Counted from the stretch's first letter, positions 13,880-27,981 are shown. The stretch: DNA of 64,000 bases from Octopus sinensis (GCF_006345805.1 NC_043024.1:1-64000); one strand, 5' to 3'. The notes: generated from the letters alone by a model not told the origin. Made by a program: numbers and translations.

Positions 13880-15769
13880 ATGTCTAGAAATTTTATTGTT
13901 GAACGCTGGTCGCGTTCTTTTATGGAACAACATTTTCCTAGTCTGGAAACGATAGAGAAAAAAAAGAACGTTCGCACGGAAAATGCAAACGTGAAATTCG
14001 GTGAAATGAACGCTGCAACCACGTGCGTTAACAGCCCTGTCACCACCGCCACCACCACCACTAACAACAGCAACCACGAGACAACAACTGCTACCACCAC
14101 CACCTCCACCACCACCACCACCACCACCACCACCACTACCACGACCAACATAAATGATAAAAATAAAACTGAAACGAAAACTATTGACAAAAACAACAGC
14201 AACAACAAGAACAACAATAAAAATGAACTATCTAATAGTGAAGATGTTAATACAAAAAAATCAACAACATCAGTAAATTTCGCAGACATTCTTCGACAGA
14301 AGAAAGAAATAGTAACATTCACAAATGAAGAGCTCATAGAGACAAGAGCTCTCTTTACAACCCGTGGACAAGATTTAGTGCTGCATACACCTCAACATAT
14401 AAAACAAGAAATAGAAAATAAGACAATTGTATATAAAATTATTAGAAAAAACAAAAAACCAAATGAACAGATTACAAAAACTGATGTGGAGAAATGTTTA
14501 AAAAACATAATGAAAGAAAAAGAGTATATAAACTGGGGTCCCCAGTTTAACACAGTAGTGGTCCGCTTCCCTAGCCAGGAAGTGGCAAAAGCTCACTCTA
14601 CTGAGTCTCTGGGAAATGATGAAATCACCATGGTCCCTTATTATAAAAACCAGAGGGTGAGTAGAATTACTATCATAAATGTACCCCCCGATATGCCGAA
14701 CAAATGGATAACAGGGGCAATCTGTTACCACTTGAAAAAGATCAATATTTTGGAAACAGCCGTGTACCTAAACGACAATTGGGGTGGAAAAACAGTAGTG
14801 GTGACCATCCGGATTGAGGGGGCCTCTATCGAGAGCCTACCCGACAAGATATACTTGGAGAATGGGCAATGCCTATATGTTATGGCAGAAGGCAAAAAGC
14901 CTAGATGCTACAATGTGGCAGCCCCGAACATTTGATAGCCAAGTGCGATCTGGTAGGTAAAAAACAAAAAAGAAAAAAAAAAAAAATCCCTTTGTTGCCA
15001 ACACCACACCAACACACTCAATTATGGAACAATGCCAAGAAAAACAACAAACCAGCAAACAAACCCCAACAACATCACCAAGAAAAATAGTACCAACACA
15101 ATCACCGTTGACTTCACAACCAATTAAACTGTTGAATTAACAAAAAAATGACCCACGCCCACACCCAGGACGACAATTAAAAAGACAGAAAACACTGACG
15201 AGAAGACAAATGCTACCCCTAACACCACAACAACACAAACACCGCACAAAACATCAACAATTTATACAAGCATACATAGTAATGCAAATGTTTTGCCTCT
15301 ACCCCATACTGATACGTCGGACGACGAAAGTTCGACGGAATGGCAAACAGCCACAGGGGGTAAAAGAAAAAGATCCAAAAAATCCACCAAACAAGGAAGT
15401 AAAGCAGGGAGATATCTAACTCAGGACAACATCCCCCTAGACAATCAAAAAAGTAATGAACCCGTAAAACCACACACACAACTAACTGCAATAGACACAG
15501 ACAATAAAGAATTAATGGACTACATCAAATCTAACATGGTCGTCTGTGAAGATGACTTTAAGACAAAAAATCATCCGCACACCACACCACCAAAACACAT
15601 CAGAATTTTACACATAACACAAGCACAACACCACATACTGGAAACAATATTTCCGAATGCGGTAGGCGGGTATCAACGATACCTGTCGAAAAAACTATAC
15701 AAACACCTCATCAAAAACGATACAAAAGAAGAAGAAGAAAAAAATGAAACTTTTAAAATGAGTAAGTGA
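13880..15769 (+). pseudogene. LINE ORF1 (gag-like, CCHC zinc knuckle), frameshifted
   Basis: EGKKPRCYN / CGSPEHLIAKC gives a CX2CX4HX4C knuckle split by a 1-nt frameshift. Homologous to the ORF1 at 23032-24361 (EGKKPTCYECGKKAHIRKNC). Confidence 0.8.
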
Positions 15770-15826
15770 CCTCACTTCTTGCCTCTTGTCTCTTCTAATA
15801 TAGTGTGTAAAACACAATTTTCGTAA

Positions 15827-18800
15827 ATGTCAAGTATGCTTAAATTAGGTTGTGTGAATGCGCGTGGCTTGGCGTTGGCTTGGAAGCAAGGTTACCTTCT
15901 AAACGACATCAAGTCACAGGACGTGGATATAGTAGCTATCAGTGAAACCAGACTCAGTAAGCCGCGGGCCCTCGAGTCCATGTTTGGCAATCAATTTGAC
16001 ATTTATTTTTCTCCCTGTCTGCCGAACATGGGTGGTGGAGGTACTGCGGTGCTTTTTCGAAAGAGTCTAAAGGTAAAAGTAAGAGCAATATTCCTAGACC
16101 CGGAGGGTAGGCTGGTTGTCTTGGACGTGGATGGCAGAAATGGAAATGGGTGTGCATTCCGTCTGATGGCAGTTTATGCACCGTCCTTAACGGGTCGGGC
16201 GGATTTCTTCAGACGTCTAGAGGTTTTCCTGGGTACGTCTAGACCTTTACTGTTAGTAGGGGATTGGAACGCTACCTTGGACACGCATCTAGATTATGTG
16301 GGAAGGGATAGGAATAGAAGGGGGTGTAAGAGCCTCAAAGACCTGCTCAGACGTTTCCATTTGTTTGACAGGTTCCGACTCGACCATCCGAACGTGCCAA
16401 CGTGGACTTGGACAAACCGCGTCGGATCGTCGAGATCTTATCTAGATAGAATTCTATGCAGGACAGCGGATAGGGATAGTGTAGGATGTCCACAATTTAA
16501 ATAGTCAGCTACACAGATCACAAATTTGTTACGTGTACGCTCGACTTAGATAAAACACATAGGCAGGGTCCGGTTACTGGAAACTGAACACGTCGCTGTT
16601 AGCGCGACAGGTTTACAGGAACCGGATTAGCGAGTTAATTAAGAGGGCGCTGACGGGAGCGGTCGTTAACAACCGCTGGTGGTACGCCCTGAAAATGGCA
16701 ATAAAATCGGAATCAATTAGGTTTAGCAAGGAATTAGCGATAGAACGAAATAGAGTAGAGGGAGACTTAGTTAAGAAACTAGAAGAGGCACTTACCACTG
16801 GCAGCGCAACCAACGTGCTGGCTGCGAGGATGGCCCTCGACCAACACCTCAACGCCAAGCACGAAGGTGCGTCGTCAGAGCTAAAATGCGTGCCTTAAGG
16901 AACGAAGGGATTGAAGCTGCGCGAGAGGCCCGGGTAGCGGAGGCGCAGCGTGGCAACAGATCAACCATTCGGTCTCTAATAGATCAACAGGGATGCAGTT
17001 TACTCGAACCCGAAAGGATTGTGTGAGGCCTTTCAACAGCACTTTGCTCGACTGTTTGGTGCGAGTGGTGGGTCGGAACGAGGGATGGATTTCAGTGCCT
17101 ACCTGACCGACCTGCCGCGGCTCTCGGCAAGAGAAGCGGAGTGTTGTGAAAGTCCCATCACAGCCGCTGACGTGTGGGATGCGATGGCGGGCTGCGCGAG
17201 GGATAAGTCGCCTGGATTGGATGGTTTACCCTACGAGCTGTATTGTCGAATGCCAGACTTGTTTGGCGACCTCTGGCATCAGTCTACTGCAACTGGCAAC
17301 AAAACGGGAGAATCCCCGGTTCGTGAGCCGAGGTGCAGTGACGTTGCTGAAGAAAGACTCAAACAAGGGGAATTTTATAGATAATTTCAGGCCCATCACT
17401 CTGCTCAACGCAGATTTGAAAATTTTGGCCAAAGTAATAGCGGAGAGGTTGGCGCTTGTCATTGGTAAACTGGTCGACAGGGCGCAAACATGCGCCGTGC
17501 CGGGCAGAACCATACATGACAACCTCCATCAGATGCGCTACATTGTGGACAGGGTAGTTAAGGATCCTGGCATGGGTGGGGCGCTTAAATTTGGATCAGT
17601 CTAAAGCCTTCGATAGGGTCGACCATCGGTACTTGGCGCCGTCCTCAGGGCGGCTGGCTTCGGTCCCGTCTTCCGCGGTTGGATCGCTGCCTTGTATAGC
17701 GGCATCCGATCGGTGATTCGGGTGAACGGTCACCTGTCGAAACCGTTTGACATCACGCGTTCGGTCCGTCAGGGATGTCCCCTGTCGGTGCTTCTGTATG
17801 TATTGACTCTCGAGCCGCTACTGCGGAAGCTGGCGACACTGAGGGGCATCCCACGGGAACTGGGTTGCGGGACGAGCGTGTCGGCATATGCGGACGATGT
17901 CACCGTCATAGTGTCGAGCGACAACACATCAAGATGATAGGCGAGACACTAAGAAGAAAATACGAAACGGTGACGGGAGCAAAGATTAACCCGGAAAAGT
18001 CAGTGGTTTGCTACTCGGCACCTGGAGAAGCAAGCCCATGCCGTCCGACTGCGGCTCAGTAGTGGGACGCTGGACGGACGGACCGGTAAATTGCTCGGGG
18101 TCTGGTTCAGTCCGGACCTCAAAATGGATAAGAACTGGGACGAGATCACGAGTAGAGTGGTCGCTCTCAGCCAAACATGGGCCGAGAGAAAGCTGTCTCT
18201 AAAAGGCCGGGCGGAGCGGAGGTGGCGAACGCGTACATCGCATCTGTCATCGATTACCGCCTGACCGTCGTACCTTGTCCCGACGCCACCATCACCAAAC
18301 TGGAACGCATACTCTTCCGCTTCCTGTGGAAGGTGGCGTTCCGATGGTGAGGAAGTCCATTTGCTGTCAACATCCGTTGAATGGAGGACTGGGCATGCCG
18401 TGGTTGATGATGCGCAGGCATGCGCTGAGACTGCGACATCTCTGGAAATTCATCGACGACGGTGAACAGGTGTGGGCGCCGTTTGTGAGGCGCGACTTCC
18501 CGCAGCTCGTCTCACTGACCGAACTGCAAACGTGGATCAAAAAGAGACCGAAACTGGGCGATTGGCACCGAGAGTGTCGCCAAGCTCTACAGCAGCTCTG
18601 CCGACCGGGGTCAAACTTGTGCAACTTCCAAACGACTAAAGCGTTCTATAGAGGACTAGTGGAGGGGAGGTCCGACGACACACTCGGGGCAAACCTGGGC
18701 GTCGACGAGGAATTCCTAACCCGCCTGTTCAGAACGACGTTCGGGCCGAGGCCTATGGATATCTTCCAGAAATCCCTGGCTTGGCAGTGCTATCGAGACG

Positions 18801-19277
18801 CACTACCTGTTCGAGAGAAGAGCTACAGACACGGTTCGAAAACCATCACCGAACCGACCTGCCTGAGATGCGGTCAGAGCGACGAAACCGTTCTGCACGC
18901 ACTCGTGCAGTGTCCAGATATTTCAGAGCTGTGGTCCTTCGTCGAACAGCTGTTGTCACGTGTAGGTCAGGCTCGCCTATCGGCCGAGTCTATCGTGAAT
19001 ATTGTTCCACCACCTTCCTTTAAACGGGAAGGGAAAACGGTTTTCGTTACGCTGATGGCTATGGCGAAAGAATGTGTGTGTGGACGCGTTTGAAAGGACT
19101 GCAAACAAACACTTCCTCTCTGGTCAGTCTCTCGTCAACTTTTTCAAGTACCACTTGAAAAGGAGGATGAGAATAGAGAGGAAGGCTTTGTCGAACGAAT
19201 GTTTTAATAAAAAGTGGGTAAAAGTGGCAAAAATGGTCAGTATGAAAGACGACACTATTTTAAGCATAAATCTGTAA
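15827..19277 (+). pseudogene. LINE ORF2: APE endonuclease, reverse transcriptase and C-terminal Cys/His domain, frameshifted
   Basis: APE motifs NARGL, SET, VYAP, GDWN, YLDR, YTDH; RT motifs KSPGLDG, FRPITLLNADLKILAK, KAFDRV, RQGCPLS, AYADD; C-terminal CLRC..ETVLHALVQC. Confidence 0.92.
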
Positions 19278-19565
19278 CCAAAAGAGACAACGAGAAGTAA
19301 GGCGACTTACTCATGGTTTCTTTTTCGAATTGCCTGAGGTGACCTTGGTCTTTTTTGTAGGTTTTTCTTTCCAAGGCTACACCTAAACTGTGAACTTTAT
19401 ATATATATATATATATTGCTTTTTTATATACCACACAACCCACAGATCCCTATTGATCAAAAGATTTTTTTTTTGCCCCACCCATCCCACCTCGAAAAGA
19501 AAAAATCTACATTGTATTTCGTCCATTTTATTCTGTGTTTAGCCTGTGTGGCTACAATAAAAAGT

Positions 19566-19636
<71 letters not shown>

Positions 19637-19637
19637 C

Positions 19638-19675
<38 letters not shown>

Positions 19676-19676
19676 A

Positions 19677-19797
<121 letters not shown>

Positions 19798-20385
19798 GGA
19801 GAATGAAATGCCCTTAAAACAATAGGTATATATATTAAGCATATAGTTTATATCCATTTAAAACCAGAAAAGAAAATGAAGATAAGAAAAGTAATAATTG
19901 TTTATTATTAACTAATTGGTCAACTTCGCTTCTTACAGCCGTTTCAATCAATACTTAATTATGGTTAGGGTTAGGGTATATATATATGCATATATATGTT
20001 CGGTCTCTTGTTCATAAATCCGAAAATAGCACACACTAATATTTTATGAGCAGTTGTATCTTATATAATCGAGTTGTTGGTTATGGTCGGTGAGAAAGTT
20101 ACCATTGGTTTTGCGCCTCAACAGTTCACTTCCCCGTTGCCACTGTCAGCCATACGATGTATTTGGCGCAGCATTGACCGTCTCAAAGGCAAGTATATCA
20201 ACTGACAGCTTTTCGGTGGATTCATAAATTACATACCCCGACCCCCAACTTTCCACGATAGGTTGGAGCATGGAATCCTCCAAACCGACGAATTACACGT
20301 CGATTTATTAGACCATCAGTTACACCACAAATGTTTTGTCGTCAATACTGCACTTTCCAGTATCACCTATTTCAACATAACTGCA

Positions 20386-20420
<35 letters not shown>

Positions 20421-20501
20421 TACACAGTCGCCATGATAGATCGTTAGCCACTACACACATTTTTTTCTCTCCTTGTTTCTCTCCTTGTTTTTTCTGTGTC
20501 C

Positions 20502-20537
20502 CTTTCTGTAGAAGAGCGTAGGCGCGAAACGTAAAAG
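20502..20537 (+). ncRNA. Minimal hammerhead variant (PLE type)
   Basis: CTTT CTGTAGA A GAGC gtag GCGC GAAACGT A AAAG; palindromic ACGT stem III. Homologous module at 25185-25330. Confidence 0.55.
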
Positions 20538-21659
20538 ACTTTTTCTTTTCCTGAGCGTTATACTAATACATCTGTTTGTTTTGTACACCACCTGTCTTCG
20601 TCTTTTGTTTTTTTCGTAAACTCTCCCTATATATATATGTACAAACTATACCATTTTAATTCCGAGCAACGCCGGATATCTCTGCTAGTTATAAATATAG
20701 AAAAGTCATGCAAATGTATAAATACAAATATAAACAATATACATAAATATATAAATATAAATATTTAAAAAAAATGAATATATAAATATAAATAGAAAAA
20801 ATATCAAATTTATAAATAAATATATACAAACGATGTATGTAAATATATAAATTATTTTTAAAAAATCGTTCTAAACTCGAAGTAAGTGGAAAACAAGAAA
20901 ATACCTAAAGTTATATTAACGTTAATATATTCCATCTCAGACATCTCAATTCAAATGAACGGTTTTTCTGTGAAGGGTTATGAAATGCCATGAATTACCA
21001 TATTGCCACTTTAGAATATGCGATTCCATTTAGTTACTTAGAAAGAAGCCAGGTATTTTAAGTTAACATCGATTTTGTTACTGTATATATTAACTCTGCT
21101 TTAGTTCAAAGATCGATATTTTGAAGGTGTGAAGTGTATGCGCTGGGAACGGGAAACGGTTTATAGAATCTGAATAATATGGTAATCGGTGCTATTTTAT
21201 TTTTATGCAACTTTTGTGGTGGACAGCAGCGGCGTCATAGGAATATAGATGTAGATTCTTAAAGCCCGAATCAATCCTTGGTTTATCGCATTTCCGATGA
21301 TGTGAATGATAGGGGATTGTCTGTGCAACCCGGGCAGAAGAATTAGCACACAGGATGTGTTTTATAATTATAAATATAGATGACATCGCAGTTTGATGAT
21401 TTTGTGTTTTCTGTTCTGTTTTCTCATTTATCTTTACAACCTTTACCGATGTAAAGACATCTTCGAATGATGATCTCCAGAAGAATGAATTTACGTGATA
21501 AGGAGGTTCTGGCGCCCATGACAGACGATTCTCGTCTGCTACGATATATGTGTGTACTTTTATGCACCAAGTATCTATATGAGTGGATCTCTTTGGGGCT
21601 AACAACGCAGCATTCGGTGTTCTAACAAGACATCTGCGTTAAGTTGGATATAAAGATTA

Positions 21660-22008
21660 TCTCTCTATATATAAACGACAAAATGTCTGCGTGCGTGTCC
21701 TTTATACAAATCCACAATTTTTCAATTAGAGGGCTCGCACTTTCTATGGTCATTCAAAACTGTCCAAGGGTGGTCGTGCACATCTTTACATTTCCCCAAT
21801 CACTCCGTAAAGCCATTAAAAAATCAATAGAAGTGACTTTTTTGTGAATTTTCTATCCAAAACGCAATCAAAATTCCCGAAACTTGATACGCCGATTGAA
21901 TGCCAGCTAGCTGTATGTGATTGGTCGGAGTACTCGCGTGTATGTGTGCATGCACGCAGCTGTATATGCATGCACTAGCACTATGACCCGGCGTTGCTGG
22001 GTCATATA
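21660..22008 (+). mobile_element. Helitron-like non-autonomous element
   Basis: 5' TCTCTCTATATATAAACGAC; terminal hairpin TATGACCCGGCGTTGCTGGGTCATA. Confidence 0.45.
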
Positions 22009-22021
22009 CTTATAAATAGAA

Positions 22022-22057
<36 letters not shown>

Positions 22058-22183
22058 TTTTATTCTTTTCCTTGTTTCAACCATTTGACAGTGGCCATGC
22101 TGGAGGACCGCCTTTAGTCGGAAATATCGACCCCAGAACTTTATACTTTGTAAGCTTAGTATTTATTTTATCCGTCTCTTGGG

Positions 22184-25020
22184 GCTGAATAGACTTGTTC
22201 AGCTTCCAGTAGCCGGATCCTCTCTTTACTGCACTATCTATGTCCAGTCTGCACTTAACCATTCTATGGTCAGTGTAAGCTACTTGGACAAGCTGTGAAC
22301 AGCTAAAACTAGACTTATCTCTAGTTCCTATCACTATCCTATCTAAATAAAACTTGAACCTTCCGTCGCCACTCATCCAGGTCCACTCTGCGATGTTCGG
22401 ATGGTCAAGTCTCTAACGATCTGCCAGCTGAAAACGCTTAAGCAGATCAACGAGACGTGAGTTCACTTTCCTATAGATCGAGCCAACGCTATCGATGCGT
22501 GCATCAACAATAGCGTTATAGTCACCTAACACCACTAATGTCTTCGACGTCACGAGAAAGTTTTCTAGGCACGGATAAAAATCAGTTTAAAATCCTCTAG
22601 CACAAGGTGTATAGATCCTGATCAACCTGAAGGCCTTACTGCTGTATGTCACATCAAGGACACCAGCCCACCTTCTGGGTCTACATAGACTGTACTTGTC
22701 TGCAGGGCCAAGCCTTTTCGAACCAGTACTACTACACCCCCTCTCCCTCTGGTCTGGCTAGGAGACAGGATTTTCTCATAGTCATTCAGGAGGGGCGAGA
22801 AGCTTTGTAAACTGTCTAGCTTGGTCTCTATAGCAACCATCACATGCATATCGTGTGATCTGAGGTCGTCAAAGAAACAAGCTTGCTTCCACTTCGAGCT
22901 CAGACCACGCACATTTAAACACCCAAGATTAAGTGTCGCCAAAACCAGGGAAAAAAACAAGGGTCCTACTTACCCTTAACTGGTGATGTTGGAGCTGGCC
23001 TCACAACACATGGGGCAGCTCTTTTCTTCTCCTACTTCTTCAAATACCCTGGAAGGTCCGGGATGATTTTGATAGTCTTTGGATGTCTATCCTTCAGTTC
23101 CTTGTAAAGTTTTTCTCCTATCCAAGCACACCTGTCTCTCAAGTCCTTGTGCTGTTCGAACAGCGTGGTGGTGCTGTGTTTTGTTACAATGTCTTCGATA
23201 TATTTGTCTCTGGTATCATATTTTATCAGAGATTTTGTTTTATTGTCATTCTTTTCATCTTTTTTTTTCTGGGACAATATGGGGCGGGTCGTTTTAATGT
23301 TTGTGGTGCAGTGTTTTCTTTTTTCTTTTGTGGAGGATGTGGGTGGGGAAGGTGTGTGTGTTCGTTTCCGAACTACTGTTGTGAACTTCCCCTCGACTAC
23401 CTCCATGGTGTCGTCCGGGGGAGTTACATGTTTTGGTGCCACTTCAGAGGGGGTGGGTGTTTTTGTTGTTGTCGGGACTAGTGTATGCATGGGCTGGGGT
23501 TTTGGGGTTTCGTGTTTGGGGGTGGAGACTACAGATGGGGGAGCGGGAATATTTGTTTCTGTAGGGGTTAAACTGTGCGCGGGTTTGGGGTCTTTTTTTG
23601 TATTTGAGGGGCCTGGTGTCTGTGTAACTTTTCTTATCCACTGTTCACAATTTTTACGAATGTGGGCTTTTTTTCCACATTCATAGCATGTTGGCTTCTT
23701 TCCCTCCACTTGTATTTTGAGGATAATATCCTCTCCCAAGAGTACTCTTTCCGTAAACATTTCGATATCTTCCTGAGTCCCCTGAATAATGGCAGAAATG
23801 CTCTGCCTGAGCCAATATTGTGGGGCAGAGCATGTTATCTGAAGGAAGGTGATTTTGTCCACAGGGCGGCCATCACCTCTCTTGCGTCAATTTCAGGTGG
23901 TAATTCTGCCACCCTAACACGAGTAGCTCGTCTCCCCATGTAGGTCGGCAGAAACACCAAATCCTTCCTTTTCAGGGGACTCACTGAGTACTCTTGGGCT
24001 TTTGTTTCCGTTTCGAATCTGGCCTCTATCGTGCCATATGTCCGGCCTCTCGCTATATACTTAATGTCTTTACAAATTGGGGCCAGACATTTTTCAATCG
24101 TACACTTTTCAAAGTGTTTGAATTTCTTAGTTGAAGGACAGTATGTTTTAAAAACAACTGTCTTTCTTTTCAATTTTCCACACTAGGTGAGGATGATATT
24201 TTTATATTACCCTCTCCTCTTTCATTCTTCCAAAAAGCTCTGGGAATTTTCCTTCTGTAGTTCGACATTTTCCGTAGCCACCGCGGCAACTGCAGAGAAT
24301 TTCTTGACTGGCTCATCCAGTGAAATTTTTTCTGAAATAAGTTCGACCGACATTTTTGCACAAAATGGAATCCCCCAAAAACGGGAAACCTATAATATGT
24401 TTTTTATTTTTTGTTTTTATTTTTTCCTCTCGACGACGGTAACAGTTCAAATTCCACCCCCGCAGGGAGGCAAGGCGCAACAACAAGGCCTTCAACGGTC
24501 GAAATTTCACACACAAAAATTAATTGATAATCCCCAGAAACGGGAAACCTGTAATATGTCTCTTTTTTTTTTTTTTTTCCCTCGACGAGAGTAACAGTTT
24601 AAATCCCATCCCCGCAGGGGGGCGAGACACAACAACAAAGCCTTCAACGGTCGAAATTTTACACACAAAAATTAATTTGTAATCCCCAGAAACGGGAAAC
24701 CTATAATGTTTTTTCACGTTTTCCTCTCTACGAGTACAAGAGTTCAAATCCCATCCCCGCTGGGGGGCGGGACACAAAAAATAAAGCTGACAACGACTTT
24801 AACAAGTTCAAAAATTTCAACAGTTCACAACAGAAAAATGGTTTTACACAAATAATTTCTTTTTCCCGTCACCGGGACAAAGCACAAAAATTAACAGAGT
24901 TTTAACAGTTCCACATTTCGACAATGTTCAACAATTAATAATTCCAACAGAAAAAAACAATTCAATGATCGCCAAGACATTCGGCTCATCGTAAAAAAAA
25001 ACACGTCTAATCGCTAGACA
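22184..25020 (-). mobile_element. 5' half of a second Tx1/L1-clade LINE (5'UTR, ORF1, APE), nested in a family B SINE
   Basis: ORF1 pieces at 24361-23032 with a CCHC knuckle; APE pieces LNVRGL..IETKL (22960-22649) and YLDRI..YTDH..GSGYWKLN. SINE head at 25021-25058 and SINE tail at about 22056-22183. Confidence 0.88.
24372..24780 (-). repeat. About 155-bp tandem monomers (~2.6 copies) in the LINE 5'UTR
   Basis: CCCCARAAACGGGAAACCTRTAAT at about 24373, 24532 and 24683. Confidence 0.85.
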
Positions 25021-25199
25021 GGTAAGCAAGCTACTTACCACACAGCCACTACTGCGCCTATATCTATACATGCATATTTATGATAATAAATGTATATATC
25101 TTTGTATATACATATACATGCACTTAAAAATATATACATAGCAATATATATGTCTATATATAATTACATCTCATATATGTCTTGTTTCTTTCTGTGTTC

Positions 25200-25235
25200 C
25201 TTTCTGTGGAAGAGCGTAGGCTCGAAATGTTAAAG
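25200..25235 (+). ncRNA. Minimal hammerhead variant (PLE type)
   Basis: CTTT CTGTGGA A GAGC gtag GCTC GAAATGT T AAAG. Confidence 0.5.
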
Positions 25236-25328
25236 ACTTTTTCACTTCCCGAGCGATATAGTAATACATCTGTTTGTTGTCTAAACCACCTGTCTTCGTC
25301 TTTTGTTTTGTTTTTGTGAATTCTCCCC

Positions 25329-25394
<66 letters not shown>

Positions 25395-25410
25395 GTCTCT
25401 CTCACACACA

Positions 25411-25462
<52 letters not shown>

Positions 25463-25513
25463 GCAAACATACATGCATACGCATATATATATATACATAC
25501 ACGTGTGTGTTTG

Positions 25514-25547
<34 letters not shown>

Positions 25548-25717
25548 GTCATACGTGTATTCCACGATTCTACGAGCTGCAATTGGTATCTTATTTCCTA
25601 CAACAACAATCTTCAAAGCCTTCATTATCTTCGGGAAACAGCCTTACTCTTTGATGGAAAACTTCATATATTATAATAATAAATCTCTGAATGAGATGTA
25701 AACAGTAACTGCTCGAC

Positions 25718-25960
25718 AACGTAAAGTATACTAGCCATCTCAATATGGCAGACCACTAAGGGTGGGTGTTACTGTAGCTTTTAGCCCCAGGAGATCATCG
25801 TCTCCAGCTGGCTTTAGGCACACTTTCTGTTCCCTTATGGTATTTGCACAGAAAGTGTGCCTAAAGCCAGCTGGAGACGATGATTTCCTGGGGCTAAAAG
25901 CTACGGTAACACCCACCCTTAGTGGTTAGCCATATTGAGATGGCTAGTATACTTTACGTT
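25718..25960. mobile_element. Palindromic MITE-like element
   Basis: About 110-bp near-perfect inverted arms, AACGTAAAGTATACTAGCC...GGCTAGTATACTTTACGTT. No hammerhead core seen. Confidence 0.6.
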
Positions 25961-26337
25961 TATATATTATATTTTATTTCAATGAATTCTATGGTAGCAT
26001 CTACTTACAATAACATACAAAAATATTTCCTAAAGAGCCAATTTACGACGTGACAATAAGGCCAGATGTCGTCACTACTCATCGATCGAGTAGACAGATG
26101 ATCAGAGGCACTCGAAATCTAAACATGGCGAAGTCGTTAAGAAGCTCCGTATATATATAAGTTCATATATTTACACACAGACGCATGTACAAAATATATA
26201 TCATGTGTGCTATCTGATTGGATAGTATCTTAGGCAAGTGTCTTCTACTATAGCTTCGGGCCGACAAAAAAACTTGTGAGTGGATTTGGTGGGCGTAAAC
26301 TGAAAGAAGCCCGTCGAATATGTATATACTCACACAC

Positions 26338-26371
<34 letters not shown>

Positions 26372-26519
26372 GATGGGCTTCTTTCAAATCTACTCACAAA
26401 GCTGTAGTCGGCCCGAGGCTATAGTAGAAGACACTTGCCCAAGGTTCCACGCACTAGGACTGAACCCGGAACCATGTGGTTGGTAAGTAATCTACTTACC
26501 ACGCAGCAAGTCCTGCGCC

Positions 26520-26581
<62 letters not shown>

Positions 26582-26604
26582 ATATATATATATATATGTG
26601 TATA

Positions 26605-26636
<32 letters not shown>

Positions 26637-26914
26637 CGTTTATATATTTGTTGTGCAAGATTTTTTATGTGAAGTCGTGTGTTGAAACAGATATTGTTAT
26701 ATTTCGGAATGGTCATTTTGCCAGTTTAGCCTATAAAAACACACGCACGATATATTTGGTCACAGGAGTGTGACGAAAGAACTCTGGCCGAAATAAGATT
26801 AGATTAATGTAAAAAATAAATATCACTGAAGCAAAGTAACACCAAATATGTAGTGCATGTGTTTTTATTGGCTAAACTGGCCAAATGACCATTCCGAAAT
26901 ATAACAATAGTATA

Positions 26915-26956
<42 letters not shown>

Positions 26957-26958
26957 TA

Positions 26959-27028
<70 letters not shown>

Positions 27029-27981
27029 GTATATATATATATGTATATATATTTAGATCGTTTGTCTGTGTGTGTGTAGGTGTGTATGTGTGTATCCGTG
27101 TTTGTTTCCACCACCGCTTGACAACCGGTGTTGGCCTGTGTATGTCCCCGTAACACAGCGCTTCGGCAAAAGAGACCGATAGTATAACTACCAGGCTTAA
27201 CAAAAGTACTGGGGCCGATTTCTTCGACTAAAATCTCTTTAAGTTGGTGCCCAGATAAAAAGTATCCCTAAATATACATAGATATAATTTATCAAAACAA
27301 CCAAAACTTAATCGAGCAAGACAAAAGTGAAAGCAATAAAAATATGGATTATTCCCATACATGTTTCGCTATCACTATATTACGTAATTTTACTTACGTA
27401 AGATGTCCGTATATATACATACACACACACAAACCTACATATACCTATATGTAATGTGAATGGGAAGCACTCCGTCGGTTAAGACGACGAGGGTTCCGAT
27501 TGATCCGAATCAACGGAACAGCCTGTTCATGAAATTAACGTGTAAGTGGCTGAGCACTCCACAGACACGTGTACCCTTAACGTAGTTCTCGGGGATTATT
27601 CAGCGTGACACAGATAGTGACAAGGCCGGCCCTTTGAAATACAGGTACAACAGAAACAGGAGAGTAGAGTGAGAGAAAGTTGTGGTGAAAGAGTACAAAC
27701 AGGGATCACCACCATCCCCTGCCGGAGCCTCGTGGAGCTTTAGGTGTTTTCGCTCAATAAACACTCACAACGCCCGGTCTGGGAATCGAAACCGCGATCC
27801 TATGACGGCGAGTCCGTGCCCTAACCACTGGGTCATTGCGCCTCCGTATAGTGGAATATATATATATATATATTATATATATATATATATATATATGTAG
27901 GTTCCCGGGTTGAGTCGGGGTGAACCCACAGTAAATAAGGTACTCAATACATAGCAGAGTAAATTAATTTATTTTATAGAA

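Larger units (their letters stand above)
13675..19565 (+). mobile_element. Near full-length Tx1/L1-clade LINE inserted in (TATC)n
   Basis: ORF1 plus APE-RT ORF2, ending CAATAAAAAG. (TATC)n at 13160-13674 and 19567-19797. Confidence 0.9.

Noticed and set aside
19925-19950. Isolated GAAAC..GUH halves (also at about 26684 and 27355)
   Set aside because: No CUGANGA partner found; probably truncated modules, so not counted as ribozymes.
19963-19978. Telomeric TTAGGG repeats
   Set aside because: Only about two units; not an array.
21192-21605. 137-aa ORF in non-repetitive sequence
   Set aside because: No recognisable motif, non-ATG start and no clear splice signals; a search is needed before calling it.
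23079-23686. Plus-strand ORFs over the second LINE
   Set aside because: Antisense shadows of the LINE ORF1.
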